The notes below the pieces were generated by a model that made no database searches, was not told where the DNA came from, and saw only the letters and a list, made by a program, of their open reading frames with translations. DNA of 64,000 nucleotides from Pseudomonas aeruginosa PAO1 (GTDB taxonomy: Bacteria > Pseudomonadota > Gammaproteobacteria > Pseudomonadales > Pseudomonadaceae): assembly GCF_000006765.1 (NCBI RefSeq), contig NC_002516.2, one strand, 5' to 3'. Shown here piece after piece: positions 30,568 to 39,190 of the stretch (the stretch's first letter is position 1; each line of letters begins with the position of its first letter). Both the position numbers and the translations under genes were made by a program.

Positions 30568-31983
30568 TCAGGCCGGCGCCAGGCGCCGCCGCAGCAGGCG
30601 TTGGCGCAGGCTTTCGAACGTGCCGAGGTCGACATGCCGGGCATGGTCGCCGACGACGATCCGGCCGTCGGGCAGCTCCGCCCAGTGCTGTAGTCCGCCC
30701 TCCAGGTCCAGTTCGCCGTAGCGGATGCGCAGCGCCCGGCCGGATTCGAGGTGCCAGAGCTGGGCGAGGTCCCGCGAGCGATGCGGTTCCAGCCACGGCG
30801 CCAGGAGCAGCCAGCCTCCGTCCAGGGCCTGGAGCTTCAGGTAGGGGCCTTCGGCCAGGCCGTCCAGCGAGTGGCTGCGGATCTCGCCGCTGTCGAGCCG
30901 GCCTTCGCAGAGCGTTTCACGCTCCAGCCAGACGATGGTCCCGGGCGCCGCCGAGGTCGGTTGCGCCGGATCGGCGGGCAGATCCTTGCCGACGGGGAAC
31001 GGCAGGGGCTGGATGCGTGCCTCGCGCCATTCGAAGAACTGCCCGCGGGAGAGCAGGCAGACGCGCTGGTCCGGAGTGGTGAAGACCGCCGGCGGATTCT
31101 CGATGGAGCGCCGCGCTTGCGGCACCTCGAAGAGCAACCGCGGTTCGTCGTTGCCCTGGGCGAAGCCCGGATAGAGGAAGAACAGGCCGCGGTCGGCCAG
31201 GAGCAGGTCGTCCCCGGCCAGGCCGATGGCAAGTTCCGGGGTGCGGCGTTGGCGCAACGACTGCGCCGGCGGCAGCGGCAAGGGCGGTAGTTCGGGCGTC
31301 AACGAGGCGAGGTCGCGGGAGCGATGCAGCCAGGCGTAGGGGCTTCCCGAACGGGTCATCCTGACCCAGGCGTGCAGGCCGTCCGCCGAACTGGCCCGGC
31401 AGAGCAACGCGCCCTGGGTTTCTTCCGCGCCATCGGGCAGGCGTTGCAGCCTGGGCCATTGGCGCAGGTCCAGCAGGTCGCGGCTGTCCTCGCCCGGCAG
31501 GCGGGCGATGGCCAGGCCGGGCGCCAGGTGCTCGGCGTGTTCGAGGCAGATGTATGCCGAAGCCGGCGCCAGGCCGGCCGGCGCGGCGGCGGGGAGGGCC
31601 GCCCGGGCGCCCTCGGGGGCGTTTTCCTGGCGCAGCGTGCGGGCGTTGTGGCCCTGCGCTGCGAGCGCATCGAGGAGGCGCTGGCTGTGGGGGGCGCCGA
31701 CCACGTACAGGTTCAGGCTGTCGTCTTCGTCCAGGCGTTCCACCAACGCCAGTCCGAGGGATTCCAGCTCCTGGCCGAGGGCTGGCAGGAAATCCTCGGG
31801 AAGGTCGTCGCGCAGGCGCTCCAGCAGCGTCTCCAGTGCGGCGGAGGCCAACTGCGGGAAGCGTCCGGCATAGTCTCGGCGGAGTACGCCGAGCACGTCG
31901 GGCAGGCGGATCTTCCAATCGAAGGTAACGGGCGTGTCCATGCGTGCGATCCGTTGCGAAGTGGGTTGCGCAACGGTATTCAC
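30568..31983 (-). CDS. Hypothetical protein (471 aa; alternative start 31940)
   Basis: Long ORF directly downstream of rsmE on the same strand, filling the gap to chpE; no recognisable catalytic motif. Confidence 0.75.
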   Translation of the reverse strand: MNTVAQPTSQRIARMDTPVTFDWKIRLPDVLGVLRRDYAGRFPQLASAALETLLERLRDDLPEDFLPALGQELESLGLALVERLDEDDSLNLYVVGAPHSQRLLDALAAQGHNARTLRQENAPEGARAALPAAAPAGLAPASAYICLEHAEHLAPGLAIARLPGEDSRDLLDLRQWPRLQRLPDGAEETQGALLCRASSADGLHAWVRMTRSGSPYAWLHRSRDLASLTPELPPLPLPPAQSLRQRRTPELAIGLAGDDLLLADRGLFFLYPGFAQGNDEPRLLFEVPQARRSIENPPAVFTTPDQRVCLLSRGQFFEWREARIQPLPFPVGKDLPADPAQPTSAAPGTIVWLERETLCEGRLDSGEIRSHSLDGLAEGPYLKLQALDGGWLLLAPWLEPHRSRDLAQLWHLESGRALRIRYGELDLEGGLQHWAELPDGRIVVGDHARHVDLGTFESLRQRLLRRRLAPA

Positions 31984-32017
31984 TGGCTGTCGCCGTTGTA
32001 AAGCGGCGGGAGGGATA

Positions 32018-32740
32018 TCAGGCGAAGTCGCCCCAGAGTTGCTGGGCCACCGCCAACGCTACCACCGGCGCGGTCTCGGTGCGCAGCACTCGCGGGCCGA
32101 GGCGCGCGGAGTGGAAACCGGCCGCCTGAGCCTGCTCCACCTCGGCATCGCTCAGGCCGCCTTCGGGACCCACCAGGAAGGCCAGGCGCGACGGCGGCGC
32201 ATGGCTGGCCAGGGGGGCGGCTACTGGGTGCAGGACCAGCCTGAGGTCATCGTCCCGCCCGCGCAGCCAGTCCTCCAGGGCCAGAGGCGGATGGATCAGC
32301 GGCAGGCTCGAACGGCCGCACTGCTCGCAGGCGCTGATCGCCACCTGGCGCCAGTGCTGCAGGCGCTTGTCGGCGCGCTCGTCCTTCAGGCGCACTTCGC
32401 AACGCTCGCTGACGATCGGGGTGATTTCCGCCACCCCCAGCTCGGTGGCCTTCTGGATCGCCCAGTCCATCCGCTCGCCGCGCGACAGGCCTTGCCCCAG
32501 GTGGATACGCAGGGGCGAGTCGGGCTGGCCGGCGAACTGCTCGCGGAGTTCGACGCGGACATTCTTCTTGCCGACCTCGACCAGCTCGCCGAGGTATTCC
32601 CGGCCGCTGCCGTCGAACAGTTGCACGGCGTCGCCCGTGGCGTGCCGCAGCACGCGGCCGATGTAGTGGGCCTGGGCCTCGGGCAGGTCGTGCTGGCCGA
32701 GGGAGAGAGGCTGGTCGACGAAGAAGCGGGACAGGCGCAT
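32018..32740 (-). CDS. rsmE: 16S rRNA m3U1498 methyltransferase RsmE
   Basis: MRLSRFF..HYIGRVLR, KATELGV, SPOUT knot VGPEGG and LGPRVLRTETA; 240 aa. Confidence 0.97.
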   Translation of the reverse strand: MRLSRFFVDQPLSLGQHDLPEAQAHYIGRVLRHATGDAVQLFDGSGREYLGELVEVGKKNVRVELREQFAGQPDSPLRIHLGQGLSRGERMDWAIQKATELGVAEITPIVSERCEVRLKDERADKRLQHWRQVAISACEQCGRSSLPLIHPPLALEDWLRGRDDDLRLVLHPVAAPLASHAPPSRLAFLVGPEGGLSDAEVEQAQAAGFHSARLGPRVLRTETAPVVALAVAQQLWGDFA

Positions 32741-32832
32741 GGCGATTCGAGGGTAGTGGCGACAGGCGCGCAGTTTACTGCCTGCCGCGGGGCGCTGGAA
32801 CCGGCCCCCTCGGAACGAAGGGGCGGCGACGT

Positions 32833-34236
32833 TCAGCCCGGATCGCGGTGGTCCGGGTGGAAGTCGCTGACCGCCACGCTGACCGCGTCGCGGGTGGCGA
32901 TGTCGATGCCTTCGCTGGCCACCTCGGCGAGGAAGTCGATCTGCTCCGGGGTAATCACGTAGGGCGGCAGGAAATACACCACGCTGCCCAGCGGGCGCAG
33001 CAGCGCGCCGCGCTCCAGGCCATGCTGGAAGACCTTCAGGCCGCGGCGCTCCTGCCAGGGGTAGGGCGTCCTGGACGCCTTGTCCTGGACCATTTCGATG
33101 GCCAGGACCATCCCGGTCTGGCGCACCTCGGCGACATGCGGGTGGTCGGCCAGGTGCGCGGTGGCCCTGGCCATGTGGGTGGACAGCGCGCGGTTGGCCT
33201 CGATCACCTTGTCTTCCTCGAAGATGTCCAGGGTCGCCAGGGCGGCGGCGCAGGCCAGCGGGTTGCCGGTATAGGTGTGCGAGTGGAGGAAGGCGCGCAG
33301 GGTCTGGTAGTCGTCGTAGAAGCCCCGGTAGATGGTCTCGCTGGTCAGCACCGCGGACATCGGCAGGTAGCCGCCGGTGAGGGCCTTGGACAGGCAGAGG
33401 AAATCCGGGGCGATGCCGGCCTGCTCGCAGGCGAACATCGTCCCGGTGCGGCCGAAGCCCACCGCGATCTCGTCGTGGATCAGGTGCACGCCATAGCGGT
33501 CGCAGGCTTCGCGCAGCAGCTTGAGGTAGACCGGATGGTACATGCGCATGCCGCCGGCGCCCTGGATCAGCGGTTCGACGATGACCGCGGCGATCTCGTC
33601 GTGCCCTTCGGCCAGGGTGCGCTCCATGTGGGCGAACATGTTCCGCGAATGTTCTTCCCAGCACATGCCGTCCGGACGCAGAAAGCAGTCCGGGCTGGGC
33701 ACCTTGATGGTGTCCAGCAGCAGCGACTTGTAGGTTTCGGTGAACAGCGCCACGTCGCCCACCGACATCGCCGCGATGGTTTCGCCGTGGTAGCTGTTGG
33801 TCAGGGTGACGAAGCGCTTCTTGCGCGGCCTGCCGCTATTGAGCCAGAAGTGGTAGCTCATCTTCAGCGCGACCTCGATGCCCGCCGAGCCGCTGTCGGC
33901 GTAGAACACCCGGTCGAGCCCCGGCGGGGTGATTTTCACCAGTCGCTCCGACAGCTCGATCACCGGCTGGTGGCTGAATCCGGCGAGGATCACGTGCTCC
34001 AACTGGTCGACCTGGTCCTTGATGCGCTGGTTGATGCGCGGGTTGGCGTGACCGAACACATTGACCCACCAGGAACTGACCGCGTCGATGTAGCGCTTGC
34101 CTTCGAAATCCTCCAGCCAGACGCCTTCGCCGCGGCGGATCGGGATCACCGGCAGGCGTTCGTGGTCTTTCATCTGGGTACAGGGATGCCAGAGTACGTT
34201 CAGGTCGCGCTGCATCCAGTCGGCGTTAAGGCCCAT
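32833..34236 (-). CDS. bioA: Adenosylmethionine-8-amino-7-oxononanoate aminotransferase
   Basis: LWHPCTQM, DAVSSWWVN..GH, YHGET, IHDEIAVGFGRTG, LSKALTGG (PLP Lys), HSHTYTGNPLACA; 467 aa. Confidence 0.97.
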   Translation of the reverse strand: MGLNADWMQRDLNVLWHPCTQMKDHERLPVIPIRRGEGVWLEDFEGKRYIDAVSSWWVNVFGHANPRINQRIKDQVDQLEHVILAGFSHQPVIELSERLVKITPPGLDRVFYADSGSAGIEVALKMSYHFWLNSGRPRKKRFVTLTNSYHGETIAAMSVGDVALFTETYKSLLLDTIKVPSPDCFLRPDGMCWEEHSRNMFAHMERTLAEGHDEIAAVIVEPLIQGAGGMRMYHPVYLKLLREACDRYGVHLIHDEIAVGFGRTGTMFACEQAGIAPDFLCLSKALTGGYLPMSAVLTSETIYRGFYDDYQTLRAFLHSHTYTGNPLACAAALATLDIFEEDKVIEANRALSTHMARATAHLADHPHVAEVRQTGMVLAIEMVQDKASRTPYPWQERRGLKVFQHGLERGALLRPLGSVVYFLPPYVITPEQIDFLAEVASEGIDIATRDAVSVAVSDFHPDHRDPG

Positions 34237-34409
34237 GGGCTGTCTCCTCGGATCGATCGGCAAAGCCTATGCAATGGGGGTGAGATGAACAACCCGGCGG
34301 GTTGGGACACATCCGACAGCAGCCGCCGACGGACTCCTATGGTGGCCCAAACGGCTCTGGCGTATGCTGCGCGCCGTTGCGTCTTTGCTTTTTTCCTGGG
34401 GAGTCCGGT

Positions 34410-35900
34410 ATGTCGTTAAGGTGGCTGCGCGCCGCGGCGTTTCTCATGTTGGGGGTGTTCAGCGCGGTGGCGCTGGGCAAGGATAAACAGCCTACGGCGA
34501 TCGTCGTCGGCGCGGGCCTGGCAGGCCTGAGCGCGGCCTACGAATTGCAGAAGGACGGCTGGCAGGTCACGGTGCTCGAAGCGCGGCCGCAGGTGGGCGG
34601 GCGTTCCGGCCTGGCCACCAGCGAATGGGTCGGCAACCAGAAGGTCCAGCCCACGCTCAATGCCTACCTGGACACCTTCAAGCTGAAGCCGGTGCCGGCG
34701 CCGGACTTCGTCCGCACCCCCAGCTACCTGATCGACGGCCTGTACTACAGCAGCAGCGATCTCGCGCTCAAGCAGCCGAACGTCGCCGCCGACCTCAAGC
34801 GCTTCGAGTCGACCCTGGACGATCTCTCGGCATCGATCTCCGACCCGCTCAACCCTGCCTCGAGCAATACCCTGTTCGCCCTCGACCAGATGAACGCCGC
34901 GCGCTGGCTGGACAAGCTGAACCTGTCGCCGACCGCGCGCCTGCTGGTCAACCAGCGTATCCGTTCGCGCTACGACGAACCGTCGCGCCTGTCGCTGCTC
35001 TACCTCGCCCAGCAGGGCCGCGCCTACCGTGGCGTCGACGACCGCGACCTGCGCGCGGCGCGCCTGCCCGGCGGCAGCCAGGTGCTGGCGGAAGCCTTCG
35101 TCAAGCAGATCAAGACGATCAAGACCAAATCCAAGGTGTCGAGCATCGTCCAGGCCAAGGACGGCGTCGCCGTCAAGGCCGGCAGCGAGACCTACAAGGC
35201 CGACTACGTGGTTCTCGCCGTGCCGCTGAAGGCGCTCGGCCAGATCCAGATGACCCCGTCCCTGAGCGGTACCCAGATGTCCGCGCTGAAGGGCACCAAC
35301 TATGGCTGGCGCGACCAGATCCTGCTGAAGTTCAAGCGTCCGGTGTGGGACGACAAGTCGCGCCTCTCCGGCGAGATCTTCAGCGACCAGGGCCTGGGCA
35401 TGATCTGGGTCGAGCCGGCGCTGAAAGGCGGCGCCAACGTGCTGATCAACCTGTCCGGCGACAACGCCCGCGTGCTGCAGGCTTTCGGCGACCGGCAGAT
35501 GGTCGACCAGGTGCTGATCCGCATGAACAAGTTCTATCCGAAGATGCGCGGTGCCTTCGCCGGCTACGAAATTCGTCGCTACAGCGCCGACCCGGGCACC
35601 GGCGGTTCCTACCTGGCCTACGGTCCGGGCCAGGTGACGCGCTTCTGGCGGATCTGGGAACAGCCGCTGTCGCGGGTCGCCTTCGCCGGCGAGCACACCG
35701 ATGCGCTGTACCCCGGCACCATCGAGGGCGCGCTGCGTAGCGGCAAGCGCGCGGCCAGCCAGGTGCGCGACCTGTATGCCGGCAAGACGCCGGTGATCGA
35801 GGGCGCGCCGATGGTGGCGAAGGCCGAGAAGGTGGCCGCACCGACGACCGGCGGCGAGAAGAAGAACCCGTTCGCCTGGTTCACCCGCCTGTTCGATTGA
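34410..35900 (+). CDS. Flavin-containing amine oxidoreductase family protein with N-terminal signal peptide
   Basis: GGGGAG RBS; signal-like MSLRWLRAAAFLMLGVFSAVALG; FAD motif VVGAGLAGLSAAYEL..VLEARPQVGGR; C-terminal FAGEHT..GTIEGALRSG; 496 aa. Confidence 0.88.
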   Translation: MSLRWLRAAAFLMLGVFSAVALGKDKQPTAIVVGAGLAGLSAAYELQKDGWQVTVLEARPQVGGRSGLATSEWVGNQKVQPTLNAYLDTFKLKPVPAPDFVRTPSYLIDGLYYSSSDLALKQPNVAADLKRFESTLDDLSASISDPLNPASSNTLFALDQMNAARWLDKLNLSPTARLLVNQRIRSRYDEPSRLSLLYLAQQGRAYRGVDDRDLRAARLPGGSQVLAEAFVKQIKTIKTKSKVSSIVQAKDGVAVKAGSETYKADYVVLAVPLKALGQIQMTPSLSGTQMSALKGTNYGWRDQILLKFKRPVWDDKSRLSGEIFSDQGLGMIWVEPALKGGANVLINLSGDNARVLQAFGDRQMVDQVLIRMNKFYPKMRGAFAGYEIRRYSADPGTGGSYLAYGPGQVTRFWRIWEQPLSRVAFAGEHTDALYPGTIEGALRSGKRAASQVRDLYAGKTPVIEGAPMVAKAEKVAAPTTGGEKKNPFAWFTRLFD

Positions 35901-36006
35901 TCCCCTTCGCCGGCGCCGGAAGCTCCGGCGCCTTGCGCTTACCGGTTCGCAGCGCAATCCGGGGTTTTTTCTTAGCCTGCGAACCTATCTTGTGAATCGA
36001 TGTTTC

Positions 36007-36026
36007 AAAGCAGAATTTTCTGCTTT
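36007..36026. promoter_or_regulatory. Dyad AAAGCAGAA-TT-TTCTGCTTT upstream of cytochrome b561/yceI (candidate operator)
   Basis: Perfect 9-bp inverted repeat 55-75 bp upstream of the ATG at 36081, in AT-rich intergenic DNA. Confidence 0.45.
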
Positions 36027-36080
36027 AACTCGATGGATTTGCCGCTAGTCTTGAGGCTTCGCTTTTCAAGGAAGTTTTTC

Positions 36081-36650
36081 ATGCAGTGGCGCAATACCTC
36101 ATCCCGTTACGGCGTATTCAGCCTGTTCCTGCACTGGGGCAGCGCGCTGGTGGTCTTCGGCCTGTTCGGCCTGGGCCTGTGGATGCGCGAACTGAGCTAT
36201 TACGACCCCTGGTACCACCCCGCGCCGGCGCTGCATAAAAGCATCGGCATCCTGCTGGCCATTGCCCTGCTGGTGCGGATCGTCTGGCGTTTCGTCAGCC
36301 CGCCGCCGCCGGCGCCGGCCAACCACGGTCCGCTCACGCGGGTAGCGAGCAAGCTTGGCCACCTCGCGCTGTACGGGCTGCTGCTGGCGGTGATCGTCGC
36401 GGGCTACCTGATTTCCACCGCCGACGGCGAACCGATCAGCGTGTTCGGCTGGTTCTCCGTGCCGGCAACCCTCAGCGGGCTGCCCGACCAGGCAGACGTC
36501 GCGGGTGAAATCCATCTCTACCTGGCCTGGGCGCTGGTGGTCTTCGCCGTCCTCCATGCCCTGGCCGCCCTCAAGCATCACTTCGTCGACCGCGACCCGA
36601 CCCTAAAGCGCATGCTCGGTCGCTCGTCGAATGATCAACAACCACGTTAA
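36081..36650 (+). CDS. Cytochrome b561 (YceJ-like)
   Basis: [21 protein letters not shown]-x-x-[21 protein letters not shown] heme-ligand His pattern; 189 aa. Confidence 0.92.
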   Translation: MQWRNTSSRYGVFSLFLHWGSALVVFGLFGLGLWMRELSYYDPWYHPAPALHKSIGILLAIALLVRIVWRFVSPPPPAPANHGPLTRVASKLGHLALYGLLLAVIVAGYLISTADGEPISVFGWFSVPATLSGLPDQADVAGEIHLYLAWALVVFAVLHALAALKHHFVDRDPTLKRMLGRSSNDQQPR

Positions 36651-36661
36651 GGAGAATGTCC

Positions 36662-37237
36662 ATGCTGAAGAAGACCCTTGCCGCGCTGGCGCTCGGCTCC
36701 GCACTGTTCACCGCCGGCCAGGCAATGGCCGCGGACTACAAGATCGACAAGGAAGGCCAGCACGCCTTCATCGAGTTCCGCATCAAGCACCTGGGCTATA
36801 GCTGGCTGTACGGCCGCTTCAACGACTTCGACGGCAGCTTCACCTTCGACGAGAAGAACCCGTCGGCCGACAAGGTCAAGGTGACCATCAACACCAACAG
36901 CGTGGACACCAACCATGCCGAGCGTGACAAGCACCTGCGCAGCGGTGATTTCCTCAACGTCAGCAAGAACCCGACCGCTACCTTCGAATCCACCGAAGTG
37001 AAGGCCAACGGCGACAGCGCCGACATCACCGGCAACCTGACCCTGAACGGCGTGACCAAGCCGGTCACCATCAAGGCCAAGCTGATCGGCCAGGGCGACG
37101 ACCCGTGGGGCGGCTACCGTGCCGGCTTCGAAGGCAGCGCCACCCTGAAGCTGAAAGACTTCGGCATCAAGATGGACCTCGGCCCGGCATCCCAGGAAGT
37201 CGAGCTGCTGCTCTCCGTCGAAGGCATTCGCCAGTAA
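36662..37237 (+). CDS. pasP: YceI family secreted lipid/polyisoprenoid-binding protein (PasP)
   Basis: AAGGAG RBS 7 nt upstream of ATG 36662; signal peptide; [42 protein letters not shown] YceI motifs; 191 aa. Confidence 0.92.
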   Translation: MLKKTLAALALGSALFTAGQAMAADYKIDKEGQHAFIEFRIKHLGYSWLYGRFNDFDGSFTFDEKNPSADKVKVTINTNSVDTNHAERDKHLRSGDFLNVSKNPTATFESTEVKANGDSADITGNLTLNGVTKPVTIKAKLIGQGDDPWGGYRAGFEGSATLKLKDFGIKMDLGPASQEVELLLSVEGIRQ

Positions 37238-37252
37238 GCGGATACCTGAAAC

Positions 37253-37282
37253 GAAAAACGCCGGCGATCGCCGGCGTTTTTC
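37253..37282. terminator. Bidirectional terminator between pasP and mexR
   Basis: GAAAAACGCCGGCG-AT-CGCCGGCGTTTTTC. Confidence 0.9.
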
Positions 37283-37305
37283 ATTGTGCTTCGAAAAGAA
37301 TGTTC

Positions 37306-37749
37306 TTAAATATCCTCAAGCGGTTGCGCGGCCAGGCACTGGTCGAGGAGATGCACCAGGGTGGCCTGTTCCACCGGGGTGAGCGGGGCAAACAACTCGT
37401 CATGCACGCGTGACATGATGGCCTCCGCATGCTGGTGGATGGCCAGCCCCTCGTCGGTGAGGAAGAGCTGGAAGCTGCGCTGGTCGCTGGGGTTGCGCTC
37501 GCGGCGGACCAGGTTTCTTCCCTCCAGCTCGCGGATCTTCCGGGTGATCAGTGCCTTGTCGCGGCACATCTGGCGTCCCAGGTCCTGCAGGTTCAGCCCG
37601 CGTTGTTCGTCGATAAGCTTCAATACATGGACGTCGGGCGGGGTCAGGTCGAGTCGCTGGCAATCGAGCTCGCTCTGGATGCGCGTCCGCACATGCTGGA
37701 AGACCGCCATCAGCGCGGGCATCAGGTCGGGATTCACGGGGTAGTTCAT
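37306..37749 (-). CDS. mexR: MarR family repressor MexR
   Basis: [19 protein letters not shown]..winged helix [30 protein letters not shown]; redox Cys30/Cys62; intact 147 aa; divergent from mexA. Confidence 0.99.
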
Positions 37750-37761
37750 TGGTTTGGCCGA

Positions 37762-37777
37762 GTAAACCTAATGTAAA
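37762..37777. promoter_or_regulatory. CpxR-type direct repeat GTAAA-N6-GTAAA in the mexR-mexA intergenic region
   Basis: GTAAA CCTAAT GTAAA is in the sequence and matches the established CpxR box format. Confidence 0.65.
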
Positions 37778-37781
37778 TGTG

Positions 37782-37827
37782 GTTGATCCAGTCAACTATT
37801 TTGCTTATTTTAGTTGACCTTATCAAC
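37782..37827. promoter_or_regulatory. Two MexR operators GTTGA-N5-TCAAC
   Basis: GTTGA-TCCAG-TCAAC (37782-37796) and GTTGA-CCTTA-TCAAC (37813-37827), the known MexR inverted-repeat sites. Confidence 0.92.
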
Positions 37828-38023
37828 CTTGTTTCAGGTTCTGAATATGGGCCATGGCGCCGGGTGGATAACCGGCCATCGAGCTAAAACGTTTCAGGTG
37901 TTTTCACGCGAGGCTTTCGGACGTTTACAAACACCTATGAATGTAAGTATTTTGCCTGCCTTCTTCGAGCCGGTGCAGCGCCTTCACGCTGCATCGGCCG
38001 CTTTCGCTCATGAGGACAACGCT

Positions 38024-39175
38024 ATGCAACGAACGCCAGCCATGCGTGTACTGGTTCCGGCCCTGCTGGTCGCGATTTCGGCCCTTTCCGGGTGCGGAAA
38101 AAGCGAGGCGCCGCCGCCGGCGCAAACGCCGGAGGTCGGGATCGTGACCCTGGAAGCGCAGACGGTGACCCTGAATACCGAGCTGCCGGGCCGGACCAAT
38201 GCGTTCCGCATCGCCGAGGTGCGTCCCCAGGTGAACGGCATCATCCTCAAGCGCCTGTTCAAGGAAGGCAGCGACGTCAAGGCCGGGCAGCAGCTCTACC
38301 AGATCGACCCCGCCACCTACGAGGCCGACTACCAGAGCGCCCAGGCCAACCTGGCTTCGACCCAGGAACAGGCCCAGCGCTACAAGCTGCTGGTCGCCGA
38401 CCAGGCCGTGAGCAAGCAGCAGTACGCCGACGCCAATGCCGCCTACCTGCAGTCCAAGGCGGCGGTGGAGCAGGCGCGGATCAACCTGCGCTACACCAAG
38501 GTGCTGTCGCCGATCTCCGGCCGCATCGGCCGTTCCGCGGTGACCGAAGGCGCCCTGGTGACCAACGGCCAGGCCAACGCGATGGCCACCGTGCAACAGC
38601 TCGACCCGATCTACGTCGACGTCACCCAGCCGTCCACCGCCCTGCTGCGCCTGCGCCGCGAACTGGCCAGCGGCCAGTTGGAGCGCGCCGGCGACAACGC
38701 GGCGAAGGTCTCCCTGAAGCTGGAGGACGGTAGCCAATACCCGCTGGAAGGTCGCCTCGAATTCTCCGAGGTTTCCGTCGACGAAGGCACCGGCTCGGTC
38801 ACCATCCGCGCCGTGTTCCCCAACCCGAACAACGAGCTGCTGCCCGGCATGTTCGTTCACGCGCAGTTGCAGGAAGGCGTCAAGCAGAAGGCCATCCTCG
38901 CTCCGCAGCAAGGCGTGACCCGCGACCTCAAGGGCCAGGCTACCGCGCTGGTGGTGAACGCGCAGAACAAGGTCGAGCTGCGGGTGATCAAGGCCGACCG
39001 GGTGATCGGCGACAAGTGGCTGGTTACCGAAGGCCTGAACGCCGGCGACAAGATCATTACCGAAGGCCTGCAGTTCGTGCAGCCGGGTGTCGAGGTGAAG
39101 ACCGTGCCGGCGAAGAATGTCGCGTCCGCGCAGAAGGCCGACGCCGCTCCGGCGAAAACCGACAGCAAGGGCTGA
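38024..39175 (+). CDS. mexA: RND efflux membrane fusion lipoprotein MexA
   Basis: GAGGA RBS; MQRTPAMRVLVPALLVAISALSGC lipobox; MFP motifs AEVRPQVNGII, SPISGRIG; 383 aa. Confidence 0.99.
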   Translation: MQRTPAMRVLVPALLVAISALSGCGKSEAPPPAQTPEVGIVTLEAQTVTLNTELPGRTNAFRIAEVRPQVNGIILKRLFKEGSDVKAGQQLYQIDPATYEADYQSAQANLASTQEQAQRYKLLVADQAVSKQQYADANAAYLQSKAAVEQARINLRYTKVLSPISGRIGRSAVTEGALVTNGQANAMATVQQLDPIYVDVTQPSTALLRLRRELASGQLERAGDNAAKVSLKLEDGSQYPLEGRLEFSEVSVDEGTGSVTIRAVFPNPNNELLPGMFVHAQLQEGVKQKAILAPQQGVTRDLKGQATALVVNAQNKVELRVIKADRVIGDKWLVTEGLNAGDKIITEGLQFVQPGVEVKTVPAKNVASAQKADAAPAKTDSKG

Positions 39176-39190
39176 TCAAGGGGATTCGTA

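Noticed and set aside
37306-37749. Possible nalB-type mexR inactivation
   Set aside because: The ORF is full length (147 aa) with an intact winged helix and both operators intact; no loss-of-function lesion is visible.
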